Assembly (NCBI RefSeq): GCF_000014265.1
Contig: NC_008312.1
Location: 360,001-392,000 of the forward strand
Length of the DNA stretch: 32,000 nucleotides
Source of the DNA: Trichodesmium erythraeum IMS101
Lineage (GTDB): Bacteria; Cyanobacteriota; Cyanobacteriia; Cyanobacteriales; Microcoleaceae
Direction: 5' to 3'
In this document: in pieces, positions 15,811 to 25,455 of the stretch
Layout of the letters: each line of letters opens with the position of its first letter
How positions within the stretch are numbered: position 1 is the first letter of the stretch
Notes under the pieces: model-generated
The model's input: the letters and a program-made list of their open reading frames with translations, nothing else
What the model was told of the DNA's origin: nothing
The model's database searches: none
Position numbers and translations under genes: made by a program

Positions 15811-18332
15811 GTTAAACATTCGCCAGGTAAGTTACCTTACCCGACTCGTCTTCAAAACCGGACGTGAGACTTTCACCTCATCCGGCTCCTCTCCTAAACG
15901 TCCTTTTTCATAGGTACATCCTTGTTTTAGAATTAACATATCATTCACCCACAGGTATTTATCAGGTAAGTCCTGTAACTTGGGTCTTGTGTATGTTATA
16001 TTATCTAAAGCAGTTTTAGTATCGTGGCAATGTAGGTGTAACAGTTGTTTATTTTTAACTGTGTTATCACCGCCTTCAGATATTGGTTTTATATGGTCAA
16101 TTTCCATGAGGTCGTTTGATCTGAAAGTTAGTCCACAAAATGCGCATTTGTTCTTTTGTCGCTTTAACAGCGTTGTGACTTCTTTCCTTATGCCTGGATG
16201 TTTACCAATTCTACTGCTCCAATAAGTCCAATCACCGTCTAATGGGGATTTATTACCTTTTACCTTGACGTGTCTTACTATAGCAACGTCTGAGTGCCGG
16301 TTAAGTATATATTCGTCGTCGTTAAGTAACCAGTTTCTGGTGACTTTGCAGCGAGGGAAATACTTACTCTTGACCCATTTGGCTGACTTGTTTGGATGCC
16401 GTCTACTTGCCCATCGACCTATCCTTTTCCAAACTAGGTGGTCTAACTTTGAAAAGGTTTCTTTACTGACTACAGTGGAAAAGTAGTTGGCCCATCCTCT
16501 AATTATCGGATTAAGTTTAGCTATTAAAGCTTTTTTAGGAGCAGTTTTGTGGTTATCACATATATCCGCTAGCCTCCGATAATGAGTTTTTATACTCTTA
16601 GAGGACGGTTTTATCAGTGTCTTAAATCCTTGTTTGGTTGTCTTGAATTTCCATTGCCTTATTGTGAATCCTAGGAAGTCAAATCCAGGTTTGTTACCTT
16701 CATATTCTTCCAAAGTGTGGGCAATTCTGGTTTTTTCTGGTTTTAGTTCTAATCCTACCTGGTTTAACCATTCCTGTATTACGGTTTTTGCTTGTAACAA
16801 TATTTTGATGTCTTTGTGTAGGATTACAAAGTCATCAGCGTAACGTATTAGGGACAATGCATGTTTATTATCACGTTTACTCCCTGAAAGAGTTTCGGCG
16901 TAATCTTCTAAGCATTTTTCCATACCGTGTAAGGCGATGTTTGCTAGTAAGGGTGAGATAACCCCTCCCTGTGGTGTACCTTCCACAGTGTTTGAGAATT
17001 GTTTATTGTCGAATACTCCAGATTTTAACCATTGTTTGATTAATCGTCTGTAAGGTGTTCGCCCTATTTTTCTCAATAGTGCATCATGGTTAATTCGGTC
17101 GAAACATTTGGATATGTCAGCATCTAATACATATTTTGGTTTTTGGTTAATACTGACATAGATTGCTGCAATAGCATCATGTGCTGACCTCCGGAAAAGA
17201 CCATAACTGTTAGGCTCAAAAAGTGCTTCCCATTCTGGTGACCTACCTAACTTTACCAGTGCTTGAAGTGCCCTATCATACATAGTAGGTATGCCTAATG
17301 GGCGTTTTTCTTCTCTACCTGGTTTTGGTATCCAGACTCTACGGGTTGGGCTTGCTTTAAGATATTGTGACTTTAACATTTCTACCAGGTTCAACCTCTG
17401 CATTGGGGGAAGGCTTTTTATACCATCTATACCAGCAGTTTTCTTTCCCTGGTTGTCCTGAGTCACACGCCTAACAGCTAGCAACCTTGCATAATAACTT
17501 TTGGTCAGAAGTTTTTGGTATTTACGCATTTTGCGGATTTCGCCACGGCTGGATGCTCTGTAAATTAACTTTTGCAACTTAAATACATATTTTTCTACCT
17601 TCTTCCAGTTGATGTCCTTCCATTTAAGATTAGGATTGACACTACATAGGTCCGGTATATCGTTTGTATCCCATGCTACGCTTAAAAATGGTTTAGGATT
17701 TTCTAAATTTCTTTTTAGGGTTTTAGCTTTGTTCATAGCTAGTCATTACTTTACATTACGTCTAACAGTGAGTAAGTCTGCATCTGCAATGCTTCTTACT
17801 CAATCCTACTCTCCTTAAGACCTACTAATTTCGTGTAGATTAACCTTGAATGGCTTCCTAAGCTTTCGACCTATTTTACTTAGGTGTCTTAAAGAGGTTT
17901 CCTCGTTCCCTTATTCCTTTATTGCGATTGATTTAGTGGGGTAAAATCTCCCGGAGGGTTTGATATGGTTGCTGACATAGACACATTAATATCTATGTCC
18001 ATTAACCCTCTGACTTTCGTCCTACATCCCTTAGCTACCTTTGGGATGGTCTATAGTGTCGAGAGTTTGATTACCTTCCTGTTCGTCCACTTGTCAACCT
18101 TTGCTCGCGGTATCGTTCCTTGGTAACTGGTATTTTCCCGCTTTTAAGCCAGCTTCAGGGATTGATGTTCATTCGCTACCCTGTGGCTTATGCTGTCAAC
18201 CTAACAACAAGGTGGGTGGAATTTCACCACCAAGGTAATAAGAGTTATTCCTAAGTCGAGGGTGTCCTCATGTATTGACTTGGAACGGTCATTTATACCC
18301 AGTTTCCCGGTTTAGTGACCAACGAGTCGCAC
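15811..18332 (-). mobile_element. Full-length group II intron, copy 2 (inverted relative to copy 1)
   Basis: The minus strand starts GTGCGACTCGTTGG at 18332. Domain V is the complement of 15855-15888 (GAGCCGGATGAGGTGAAAGTCTCACGTCCGGTTT), and the 3' end ...TGTTTAAC is at 15811. It is colinear with copy 1 over the whole length, with nucleotide identity roughly 90% or a little more by eye. Confidence 0.9.
15832..17736 (-). CDS. Group II intron-encoded RT/maturase/HNH protein, copy 2 (RT motif GFRPGRS disrupted)
   Basis: 634 aa, about 90% identical to copy 1. YADDFVIL, RGWANYF and HNH (HLHCHDTKT) are kept, but NSYGLFRRSAHDA replaces NSYGFRPGRSTYDA. Confidence 0.88.
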   Translation of the reverse strand: MNKAKTLKRNLENPKPFLSVAWDTNDIPDLCSVNPNLKWKDINWKKVEKYVFKLQKLIYRASSRGEIRKMRKYQKLLTKSYYARLLAVRRVTQDNQGKKTAGIDGIKSLPPMQRLNLVEMLKSQYLKASPTRRVWIPKPGREEKRPLGIPTMYDRALQALVKLGRSPEWEALFEPNSYGLFRRSAHDAIAAIYVSINQKPKYVLDADISKCFDRINHDALLRKIGRTPYRRLIKQWLKSGVFDNKQFSNTVEGTPQGGVISPLLANIALHGMEKCLEDYAETLSGSKRDNKHALSLIRYADDFVILHKDIKILLQAKTVIQEWLNQVGLELKPEKTRIAHTLEEYEGNKPGFDFLGFTIRQWKFKTTKQGFKTLIKPSSKSIKTHYRRLADICDNHKTAPKKALIAKLNPIIRGWANYFSTVVSKETFSKLDHLVWKRIGRWASRRHPNKSAKWVKSKYFPRCKVTRNWLLNDDEYILNRHSDVAIVRHVKVKGNKSPLDGDWTYWSSRIGKHPGIRKEVTTLLKRQKNKCAFCGLTFRSNDLMEIDHIKPISEGGDNTVKNKQLLHLHCHDTKTALDNITYTRPKLQDLPDKYLWVNDMLILKQGCTYEKGRLGEEPDEVKVSRPVLKTSRVR

Positions 18333-19092
18333 TAATGCTTCTATATTGGTTCTTTTGATAAAAATATGTGCGTTATGGGCGTTAATAAAATATTCTTATG
18401 TTGTCAAAACGAAGGGTTAAAAAAAACAAAATGCGAAGGAAAAAAACTTAGAAAAAGACAAGAATCAAGTTCAATTAGTGTCTGGATGGAATTTATGCTA
18501 ATGCTGATATCATCTATCCCACAGACTAAAATATCCTCAAGTTAATTGATAATTTTCACTGAAAAATCATAGGTGTTCTTGGAGGATAACAAAAAATTAT
18601 AACTAGCACTATAAATAATGGTATATAGGATTGTTCAAGGAAAGGTCGGTACAGTTTTTTTCTTTTTTTCTATACCCTGTTTTCCTTGCTTACTAATATT
18701 TAAGGGATGTTGCATGGGTATTCCCTACTAAAACAAATAAATTTTGTACCGATTCAGTGTGGGAATTGCTATACTTAATTAGTAAATAAGAGTCTATTGA
18801 AATAGTAAAAATATAACTATTGCAGGGAATGTTTATGGGTACTTTGGCAAAACATAAGCTCTCAAATAGCATCAAACGGAAATCTTGTCTAAGAGAGTCC
18901 CTTGAAGAAAAAATGAATCCTTATCTATCTTTGTTTTTTTTGAGCCATTTTTAGCAATAGCTGTGTATTTCCCTTACTCCAAAAGCGTGATTAATACAAT
19001 TTTCGTCCTTTAAAAATACCAAAGTACCCCTTAGGAATTTCCCCGCACAGGAACGAGAAAAAATAAATAGTGGTATGATCAAAAATCTCTGG

Positions 19093-20244
19093 TTATGCAA
19101 CCATTGATTGACACAATTTCTCTTCTAACTCTTCTTCTTGTTGTGCCATTTCTAAAGTTGCGGTTTTAATTACACTTTGAATGTCCAAACTACTCTGATA
19201 TTGCCGTAACAATTTTTGTGCTGTATTACCTTCGCGAAGAATTTTTTTAATAGGTGAAAGAAAGCAGCTAAAACCACGATTTTTAGCGTAAGGTAAAACC
19301 TGTTGATAGATTTCCTCTATCCATTGTCTGGCTAGAATATTTCTACCGTCTTGCCAATGGCAGAGTTTAGCTTCTAAGCTATTATGAGCTACTGCAGTTT
19401 CATTATGATTTGCTAAAGCTACTAAGTCTTGCGAACTCTTAGTTCCAGGAAAATTACTTTTTTCTAATGGATCAAGATGAGGCTGATCAAATAATTGCCA
19501 TAAACGAGCTTCTAAAAAGGCAACTAGGGCTAGTTGGATAACTGGGTTGTCTACAAAGTCACAGATTCTTAGTTCTAAGCGATTAAGATTATAAGGACGA
19601 CGGTCCCCATTAGGGCGCACAGAAGACCAAAGATGACGGACATTTTGCATAAGACCTGCTGCAATTTGCTCTTCAGTCCATTTTATGAAATGACTATGAC
19701 TTTCAAACAGAGGGACATCAGTTGGAGTTTTAGGAAAAGTAGCCCAACGAGTAGAGTGAAACCCTGTAACTTGAGTATCTAAAAAAGGAGAAGAGGCACT
19801 AAGAGCTAAGTATAAGGGAGCTTCCATCCGAATTAAGCGAATAGCCTGCATCAGTAATTCTGGGTCACTAATACCAATATTGATGTGAATACTGGTTGTA
19901 ACAATTTTGGTAGAGTAGGTTTTCTCTATATATTTGTAATATGGGTTGTTTGGGTCAGAAGGATAAAAAAGATTACTATTTCCAAGGGATAAGGTGCTTC
20001 CTGGAATTATAGTATAATCTCCTAAAGTGGTTAAGTATTTTCGCAGTTCTCGTCTTGGCTTGACTAGAGCACATAAGAGTCGATCATAGCTACACAATGG
20101 TGCAGTAGTGTACTCTACAATTCTACTATCTGGTTCTCTAGCAAACCCCTCTAATTTTTCCACAATTTGCTCTGAGAGGCCAACTATGTTTCCTTGGGAT
20201 GTGCCAGTGTAGATTTCTAGTTCAAGTCCTTTTGATAGCAACAC
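19093..20244 (-). CDS. gshA: Glutamate--cysteine ligase (cyanobacterial/plant-lineage GshA-like)
   Basis: 383-aa ORF with a GTG start at 20244 and AGGAG 6 nt upstream. N-terminus MLLSKGLELEIYTGTSQGNIVGL...REPDSRIVEYTTAP, plus internal SIHINIGI and ...RLELRICD segments that I recall from cyanobacterial GshA. Assigned from memory only. Confidence 0.65.
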   Translation of the reverse strand: MLLSKGLELEIYTGTSQGNIVGLSEQIVEKLEGFAREPDSRIVEYTTAPLCSYDRLLCALVKPRRELRKYLTTLGDYTIIPGSTLSLGNSNLFYPSDPNNPYYKYIEKTYSTKIVTTSIHINIGISDPELLMQAIRLIRMEAPLYLALSASSPFLDTQVTGFHSTRWATFPKTPTDVPLFESHSHFIKWTEEQIAAGLMQNVRHLWSSVRPNGDRRPYNLNRLELRICDFVDNPVIQLALVAFLEARLWQLFDQPHLDPLEKSNFPGTKSSQDLVALANHNETAVAHNSLEAKLCHWQDGRNILARQWIEEIYQQVLPYAKNRGFSCFLSPIKKILREGNTAQKLLRQYQSSLDIQSVIKTATLEMAQQEEELEEKLCQSMVA

Positions 20245-20510
20245 GACAGGCTCCTGAATCTAATTTATTGATATTTTTTATCCTATCGCGTATTTGTACT
20301 TTAGTAAGTTATGATTTTAGTTTTATTGAAAGTTGGGAACTTGATATTTAATGAAAGCTTCATTGTCAATAAGTTGGGGATAATTTTCTTGAAGTTATGA
20401 CTTTGTTTAATATAAAACTTTTGACTTTATGGCTTGGACTTGATTTTAAAATTAAGTTAGTTTTATTAAAATTATAATTAAATAATGACTGTATTCTATA
20501 TTCTAATTAA

Positions 20511-21323
20511 CTATAGATTGAAATTCACTGGAAAAATGTCTTCTTGTTCTTGCTGTTGAAAGATGTAATCAAAGTCAAATCGTAAACCTTTCACGTGGCG
20601 AGTGATGATGAAACCACATTTATTAACTTTCTCAGAAGTAAAAGTTTCTATGATTAACTTTACTAATTTTTTAGGGGATATCTCAGGTATTTGTACATAG
20701 TAATCTCTTTTAGCAAAAAATATACTTTTATCTTTAGGTACTATAATACTATTAACTTGATGGGCAGATTGAATAGGCTTTATATATGTATTAATAAAGG
20801 TTTCTTGATTTGTCTGAAGCCGAGCTAGTCTCTCGTGTTGTATCCAACTCATTGTGAACATAATTTTAATGAACTCAAATCCTAATATGTAGTTGAATAT
20901 TTGATTTCTTTTTTCTGTATTCATGACTAGCTTCATGGCAGACTCTAAATACTGTTGAGTTTGAATATGTACATTCTGAGTTACATGAAAATAGTATAAT
21001 CTAATGTACCTTCGAAGTACGTGTTCATTGATTTTTGTTCTGGCATGAAAATGTCTAAGATATTTGTTAACTCTGTTAACTGTATCTATATCTTGTAGCA
21101 TTTTTATTGCTAAACCATCTGCTATATAATCATCTAAAAATTCTGCTTGTTTCTCAGGAGAAGAAGCACACAAAATATAGGAAAATGATAAAACATAACG
21201 ACGTTGATGCCAAGGTAAGCTAGCTGCCCATTCCTTCACTTCTTGAGGAAGTTTTTCTAAGATACCATCTTCTTTATTTGGCTCTAGAAATTTTTCTTGA
21301 TACTTATCTGTATGATTCTTCAT
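20511..21323 (-). CDS. Hypothetical protein (no family recognised)
   Basis: Clean 270-aa ORF with non-repetitive, coding-like composition, flanked by AT-rich spacers. I found no recognisable motifs. Confidence 0.55.
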   Translation of the reverse strand: MKNHTDKYQEKFLEPNKEDGILEKLPQEVKEWAASLPWHQRRYVLSFSYILCASSPEKQAEFLDDYIADGLAIKMLQDIDTVNRVNKYLRHFHARTKINEHVLRRYIRLYYFHVTQNVHIQTQQYLESAMKLVMNTEKRNQIFNYILGFEFIKIMFTMSWIQHERLARLQTNQETFINTYIKPIQSAHQVNSIIVPKDKSIFFAKRDYYVQIPEISPKKLVKLIIETFTSEKVNKCGFIITRHVKGLRFDFDYIFQQQEQEDIFPVNFNL

Positions 21324-22365
21324 TGGTATCCTTTTTAATTAGTATAAATATTGATATAATATGTCTTATTACTTTTTGTGTTAAGGATCACATGAAAATA
21401 ATTTTCTTGTCACAAGTCATAGTGAGTGTTAATCACAGAAAAGTTGAGATATAATCATATAAGATAGTAGATGATGATTCCATGCTATAAATAGTCTAAA
21501 TTTCATAATTATAGCTGCTTGAAAAGAAGATTATGGAAAAAAATTATATGATAATTTATCGTCAAGAATTGTTATTTTTTTTGACTATGTGCTCAACCTT
21601 AGATGTATTTTAATATAATAAAATGCTAGAGTTCATATGTCAAATTTATCAATATAGAAATCCTCTTTTTATTTGGTCCAAAACATTGTTATTTTTTGAG
21701 AATAGGGAATAAAAATATAGTAAATGGCTAATAATGTGAGAATTTATGTTTAGTTTTTTTAATTGTGAAAACTGCTTGATATGATCCCCATAGTAAATGC
21801 TATAAAATTTGAGGACGGAGAGAATATACTTATCTAAATAATAATAATCTAGTTATCCCAAATAATTGATAAATAAATCTAGAGAATAAAGTTTATTTTT
21901 AACTTTATAAACTTCCTCTGTACTTTATTATGCAATTTATTTATTGGTAAATTACTATATAAATTTAAACTAAATTATCAAATATCAGTGTTTTAGTTTC
22001 CCTAATTATTCTTGCTTAACTTTAAATAACCGTGATTTTAGCTCGCGATGACTAGGAAGTGCTATGGCTGGAAAAAATCTATAACGATAGATAAAAAGTA
22101 TGAAAATCTTATGCCTTGTTCCTAATATTCAGTTAAATAAAAATTACTGACGTAGGTTGTATTCATGAACGAGGTCAAAAAAACGTGATTTTAGAGAACA
22201 GGTTAATGGAGCAGAAAAAATAGTGAATTATTCTGATTAATTTACTAATATAAATACAGAAGTTTATCAAATATCAAAAAATGAGCTTAGACTATCTGTT
22301 TATTATAGTAAATAAGAATAAGTATAAGTTGACAAAAACAGTAAATTCAAACTAGGAGACTGCAG

Positions 22366-23226
22366 ATGTTTAACTCTACTGAACTTTTGATTGATGCTTT
22401 CATACAACGGCTGATAAGTGGCTATAGTCATACTTATGGTGGATATAAGCCAGATTATTCTGATATTATCGCCTGGGCAGCTGGAATGGCATTGGAAAAT
22501 ATTGCTAACAGTGATGCTCTTTATCACAATGTGGAACATACGGTTCTTGTAACTTTAGTGGGACAAGAAATTTTACGAGGGAAGCATATCCGTGAGGGAG
22601 GGGTATCTTGTGAAGATTGGTTACATTACCACATTTCTTTACTTTGTCACGATATTGGGTATGTCAAAGGTGTATGCCGTCAAGATCGAGAGGATTTAAG
22701 GTTGTATGCTACGGGAGTAGATAATATGAAGGTGTCTTTACCAAGAGGTGCTACAGATGCTAGTCTTACTCCCTATCATGTTGATCGAGGTAAGCTATTT
22801 ATTGATGAACGTTTTGGAGGTCATAAGTTAATTGAGGCAGAAATGATTAAGCATAACATGGAACTGACTCGTTTCCCAGTACCAGCAGATAAGGATCATC
22901 AAGATAAGAATAACTATCCTGGTTTAGTGAGGGCTGCAGATTTAATTGGTCAGTTGAGTGACCCCCGCTATTTACAAAAAATTAGTGCCTTGTTTTATGA
23001 GTTTGAGGAAACAGGTCAAAATAAAGTACTAGGATATAATAATCCTGGGGATCTACGTCAGGGTTATCCTAAGTTTTATTGGAATGTAGTTTATAGTTAC
23101 GTTAAAGATGCGATCGGTTATTTGAATTTGACTCAACAGGGAAAACAAATTATAGCTAATCTAAATGCTAATGTATTTAGAGTCGAACATGATAATTCTT
23201 TACCGGAGATAGCATTTATCAGGTAA
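22366..23226 (+). CDS. HD-domain metal-dependent phosphohydrolase
   Basis: NVEHTVLV...SLLCHDIGYVKG gives the H...HD signature. A later RAADLIGQLSDPRY segment is typical of HD-superfamily proteins. AGGAG lies ~8 nt upstream of the ATG. Confidence 0.7.
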   Translation: MFNSTELLIDAFIQRLISGYSHTYGGYKPDYSDIIAWAAGMALENIANSDALYHNVEHTVLVTLVGQEILRGKHIREGGVSCEDWLHYHISLLCHDIGYVKGVCRQDREDLRLYATGVDNMKVSLPRGATDASLTPYHVDRGKLFIDERFGGHKLIEAEMIKHNMELTRFPVPADKDHQDKNNYPGLVRAADLIGQLSDPRYLQKISALFYEFEETGQNKVLGYNNPGDLRQGYPKFYWNVVYSYVKDAIGYLNLTQQGKQIIANLNANVFRVEHDNSLPEIAFIR

Positions 23227-23264
23227 ATAGGCTCTTGAAACAATTTAGGCAGTTGTTAGTAGGG

Positions 23265-23310
23265 AAACTGGGTTTATATATCTGCTAAGGATGGGAAACC
23301 CGGTTTTTTT
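23265..23310 (+). terminator. Probable intrinsic terminator of the HD-domain gene
   Basis: ACTGGGTTT (23267-23275) pairs with AAACCCGGT (23296-23304) using one G.U pair, and seven T follow (23304-23310). The ~20-nt loop is large. Confidence 0.45.
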
Positions 23311-23618
23311 CATGATCAGGACTTATGCAGACTCCCTATATATAAGGTATTGCTCACTGAGTGGCAAGGTGGCTAAAGGCTATATATAGAATCAAATTTG
23401 TTAATGCAGCACCGCCCCGTCTATTCTCAATAAGGGTTACTTTTCTTTTGAGGTATTCTTCAGTTTTAAGAGGCAAGTTCTTCTCTACATATAGCTTTCA
23501 ACTGGTTTTTCAACTGGTGAGAGAACTTTGCTCTAAAGGTACGAGGAAAAAGTACAAAGTTCTTAGCTATTGGTATGAAAAAATTCAAGAAGAAATAATA
23601 TAGAATATAAAGATTGAA

Positions 23619-24155
23619 ATGGCTATTGATTTTAATAATACAAGTCAACTAAATTTTAAGGGTTTTATTAAGGTGTTTAAATCTCTTGGTCTTATGGGTG
23701 TTGTTATGGCGATCGCTGGGCTAGCTATTTACCCATTAATTAATAACAAGTCTCTTAATAACATTAAAGCTCAGGTAATAGAAACAAGGACTCAGTTTCA
23801 ACAACCTTTTTTATCTCCAGCTTCTTATACTATTGTTATGGGTAAAAGTGACCGTGAGGTAGCAATTAAATTTGATAATCAAAACTCAGATTTACATCTT
23901 AAAAATATTGGTATTGATGATGATAATTGTCTACTAAATGGAGGTAGAGTTAATTGTGTATTACAAGTAGCTTATCAGTCTAAAATAGAGCTAGTACAAG
24001 AAACTAATAAGTCTACTAATGAGACTAAATTTAAACAGCTAAAGTTTGACTTTTTGAATATAAAAATTACTGAAGATACAATAGATATGTTAATAGTAAC
24101 TATTGGAGTTATTTTAGTTTTGTTATTAGGTAAAAAAGTTAGTAGTAACAAGTAA
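23619..24155 (+). CDS. Hypothetical membrane protein (N- and C-terminal TM helices)
   Basis: 178-aa ORF with hydrophobic segments LGLMGVVMAIAGLAIYPLI and MLIVTIGVILVLLLG. No family recognised. Confidence 0.5.
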   Translation: MAIDFNNTSQLNFKGFIKVFKSLGLMGVVMAIAGLAIYPLINNKSLNNIKAQVIETRTQFQQPFLSPASYTIVMGKSDREVAIKFDNQNSDLHLKNIGIDDDNCLLNGGRVNCVLQVAYQSKIELVQETNKSTNETKFKQLKFDFLNIKITEDTIDMLIVTIGVILVLLLGKKVSSNK

Positions 24156-24663
24156 TTTATCTGACTTGGGAAATATTACTACTATAGTAATAACAATTAT
24201 TGCTGTGAAAATATGATAGTGATGTTAGTAATAATTAAGTTTATAAATGTAAAAATTATCATAAATTTTGATTTTTTTTTACAGAAACTAGCATAATTAA
24301 GGTTCATATTTTTACTACTTATACAGCATATTTTTGCTATGTAAATACAGAATAAATAGTAAAAAATATTTATTTGAGGCATCTTGCTTCTCTGGGTATG
24401 CTTGATAAGAAGGTAAATATCTATATAATTATTGGATTATTATGTAATAAATTAAAAGCTTATCAATTTAATTTAAATATCTGTGTTTTTTTATATATTT
24501 TGTAGTTTTATTTTTACTAGACCATGTATCTTTTAAGTAATATATATCAAAAAAAATAACTAATTATAGTATTGACAATTTCATATAACAGCACTCTAAA
24601 TAATGCGTGCCTCCGTGAGTCCTGATCAAACATGCTTTCTCTAATTTATACTTAGAATTCTCT

Positions 24664-25255
24664 ATGACTAACCCTTCTCATAAACTTTTTATGAATATCC
24701 TTACCTTCTGGTTTGGAGATATCAACTCCGATGGAACTGTTTCTAAAAAAATAGCTGCACGCTGGTATCGAAAAGAAAAAAGTTTTGACAAGGGTTTGGG
24801 AGTCTATAAATAAGTCTAACATTTCTAATTGGACAGTTTCTCTAGTAGGGAAACTTGCTTTAGTCATTGTGTTAGATCAATTCTCTCGAAATATGTTTAG
24901 AAATTCACCAAGATCATTTGAGAAAGACTCTTTTGCTCTAGAATTAACTCTATGTGGGCTGGAGCAAAAAATGGATCAACAATTCAAACAAATTGAGCGT
25001 CAATTTTTCTATATGCCTTTGATGCATTCTGAGAATATAGAGCATCAAAAAATATCTATCCAATGTTTTGAAAGGCTTGTGGCAGAAAGTACTGGTTCTC
25101 TTCAAGACAGGTTTAAAAATACCTTACGTTATGCACATCTTCATGAAGAAATTATTCAACGTTTTGGTAGATATCCACATCGAAATGAGATACTTGGGAG
25201 AAAGTCAACGTCAGAAGAAGTTGTATTTCTCAAGCAGCCTCATTCTAGGTTTTAG
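24664..25255 (+). pseudogene. DUF924-family gene interrupted by a +1 frame change
   Basis: Frame 1 (ATG 24664) reads MTNPSHKLFMNILTFWFGDINSDGTVSKKIAARWYRKEKSFDKGLGVYK*, stopping at 24811-24813. Frame 2 (open from 24755) continues ...RVWESINKSNISNWTVSLVGKLALVIVLDQFSRNMFR...FFYMPLMHSE...RFGRYPHRNEILGRKSTSEEVVFL. Together these give the DUF924 pattern as I recall it (FWFG, W(F/Y)..d..FD, LDQFsRN, HSE, FGRfPHRN..LGR.sT.eE). Confidence 0.65.
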
Positions 25256-25388
25256 TTTAATTTGTTGGTCTTTTTTTTGCTCAAAATAAAATGGTGGAAC
25301 GCTCAGGTAATTTGCACAATGATGGTAAGTTTATATATAGTTTTGAAGTTGGCTATAAAAAAATACTACATTATAGTACGTTGTCAGG

Positions 25389-25418
25389 AAAAAAATTTTC
25401 GCTCCGCTTTAGCGAAAA
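25389..25418 (-). terminator. Intrinsic terminator of the kinase/FGE gene
   Basis: On the minus strand, TTTTCGCT-AAAGCGG-AGCGAAAA (8-bp stem, complement of 25396-25418) is followed by seven T (complement of 25389-25395). It lies ~40 nt after the stop codon. Confidence 0.7.
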
Positions 25419-25455
25419 TTAAATAGGGCAAGAGGGCAAAAGTGCAAAGGGCTAT

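Noticed and set aside
12971-18332. Twintron (intron within intron) interpretation of the two adjacent introns
   Set aside because: Each copy has its own complete 5' GTGCG end, domains V/VI and 3' end. The two are separated by 322 bp of unrelated sequence, so neither interrupts the other.
22303-22539. 78-aa minus ORF overlapping the HD gene start; also 24197-24382, 24652-24867, 25068-25289, 27456-27656 and 31365-31562
   Set aside because: Each is either antisense or out of frame within a supported gene, or is an AT-rich spacer ORF with an Ile/Phe/Asn/Lys-dominated translation. None has supporting signals.
23361-23648. 80-aa (+) and 60-aa (-) overlapping ORFs between the HD gene and the membrane-protein gene
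   Set aside because: They overlap each other on opposite strands in AT-rich spacer, and I saw no motifs or ribosome-binding site.
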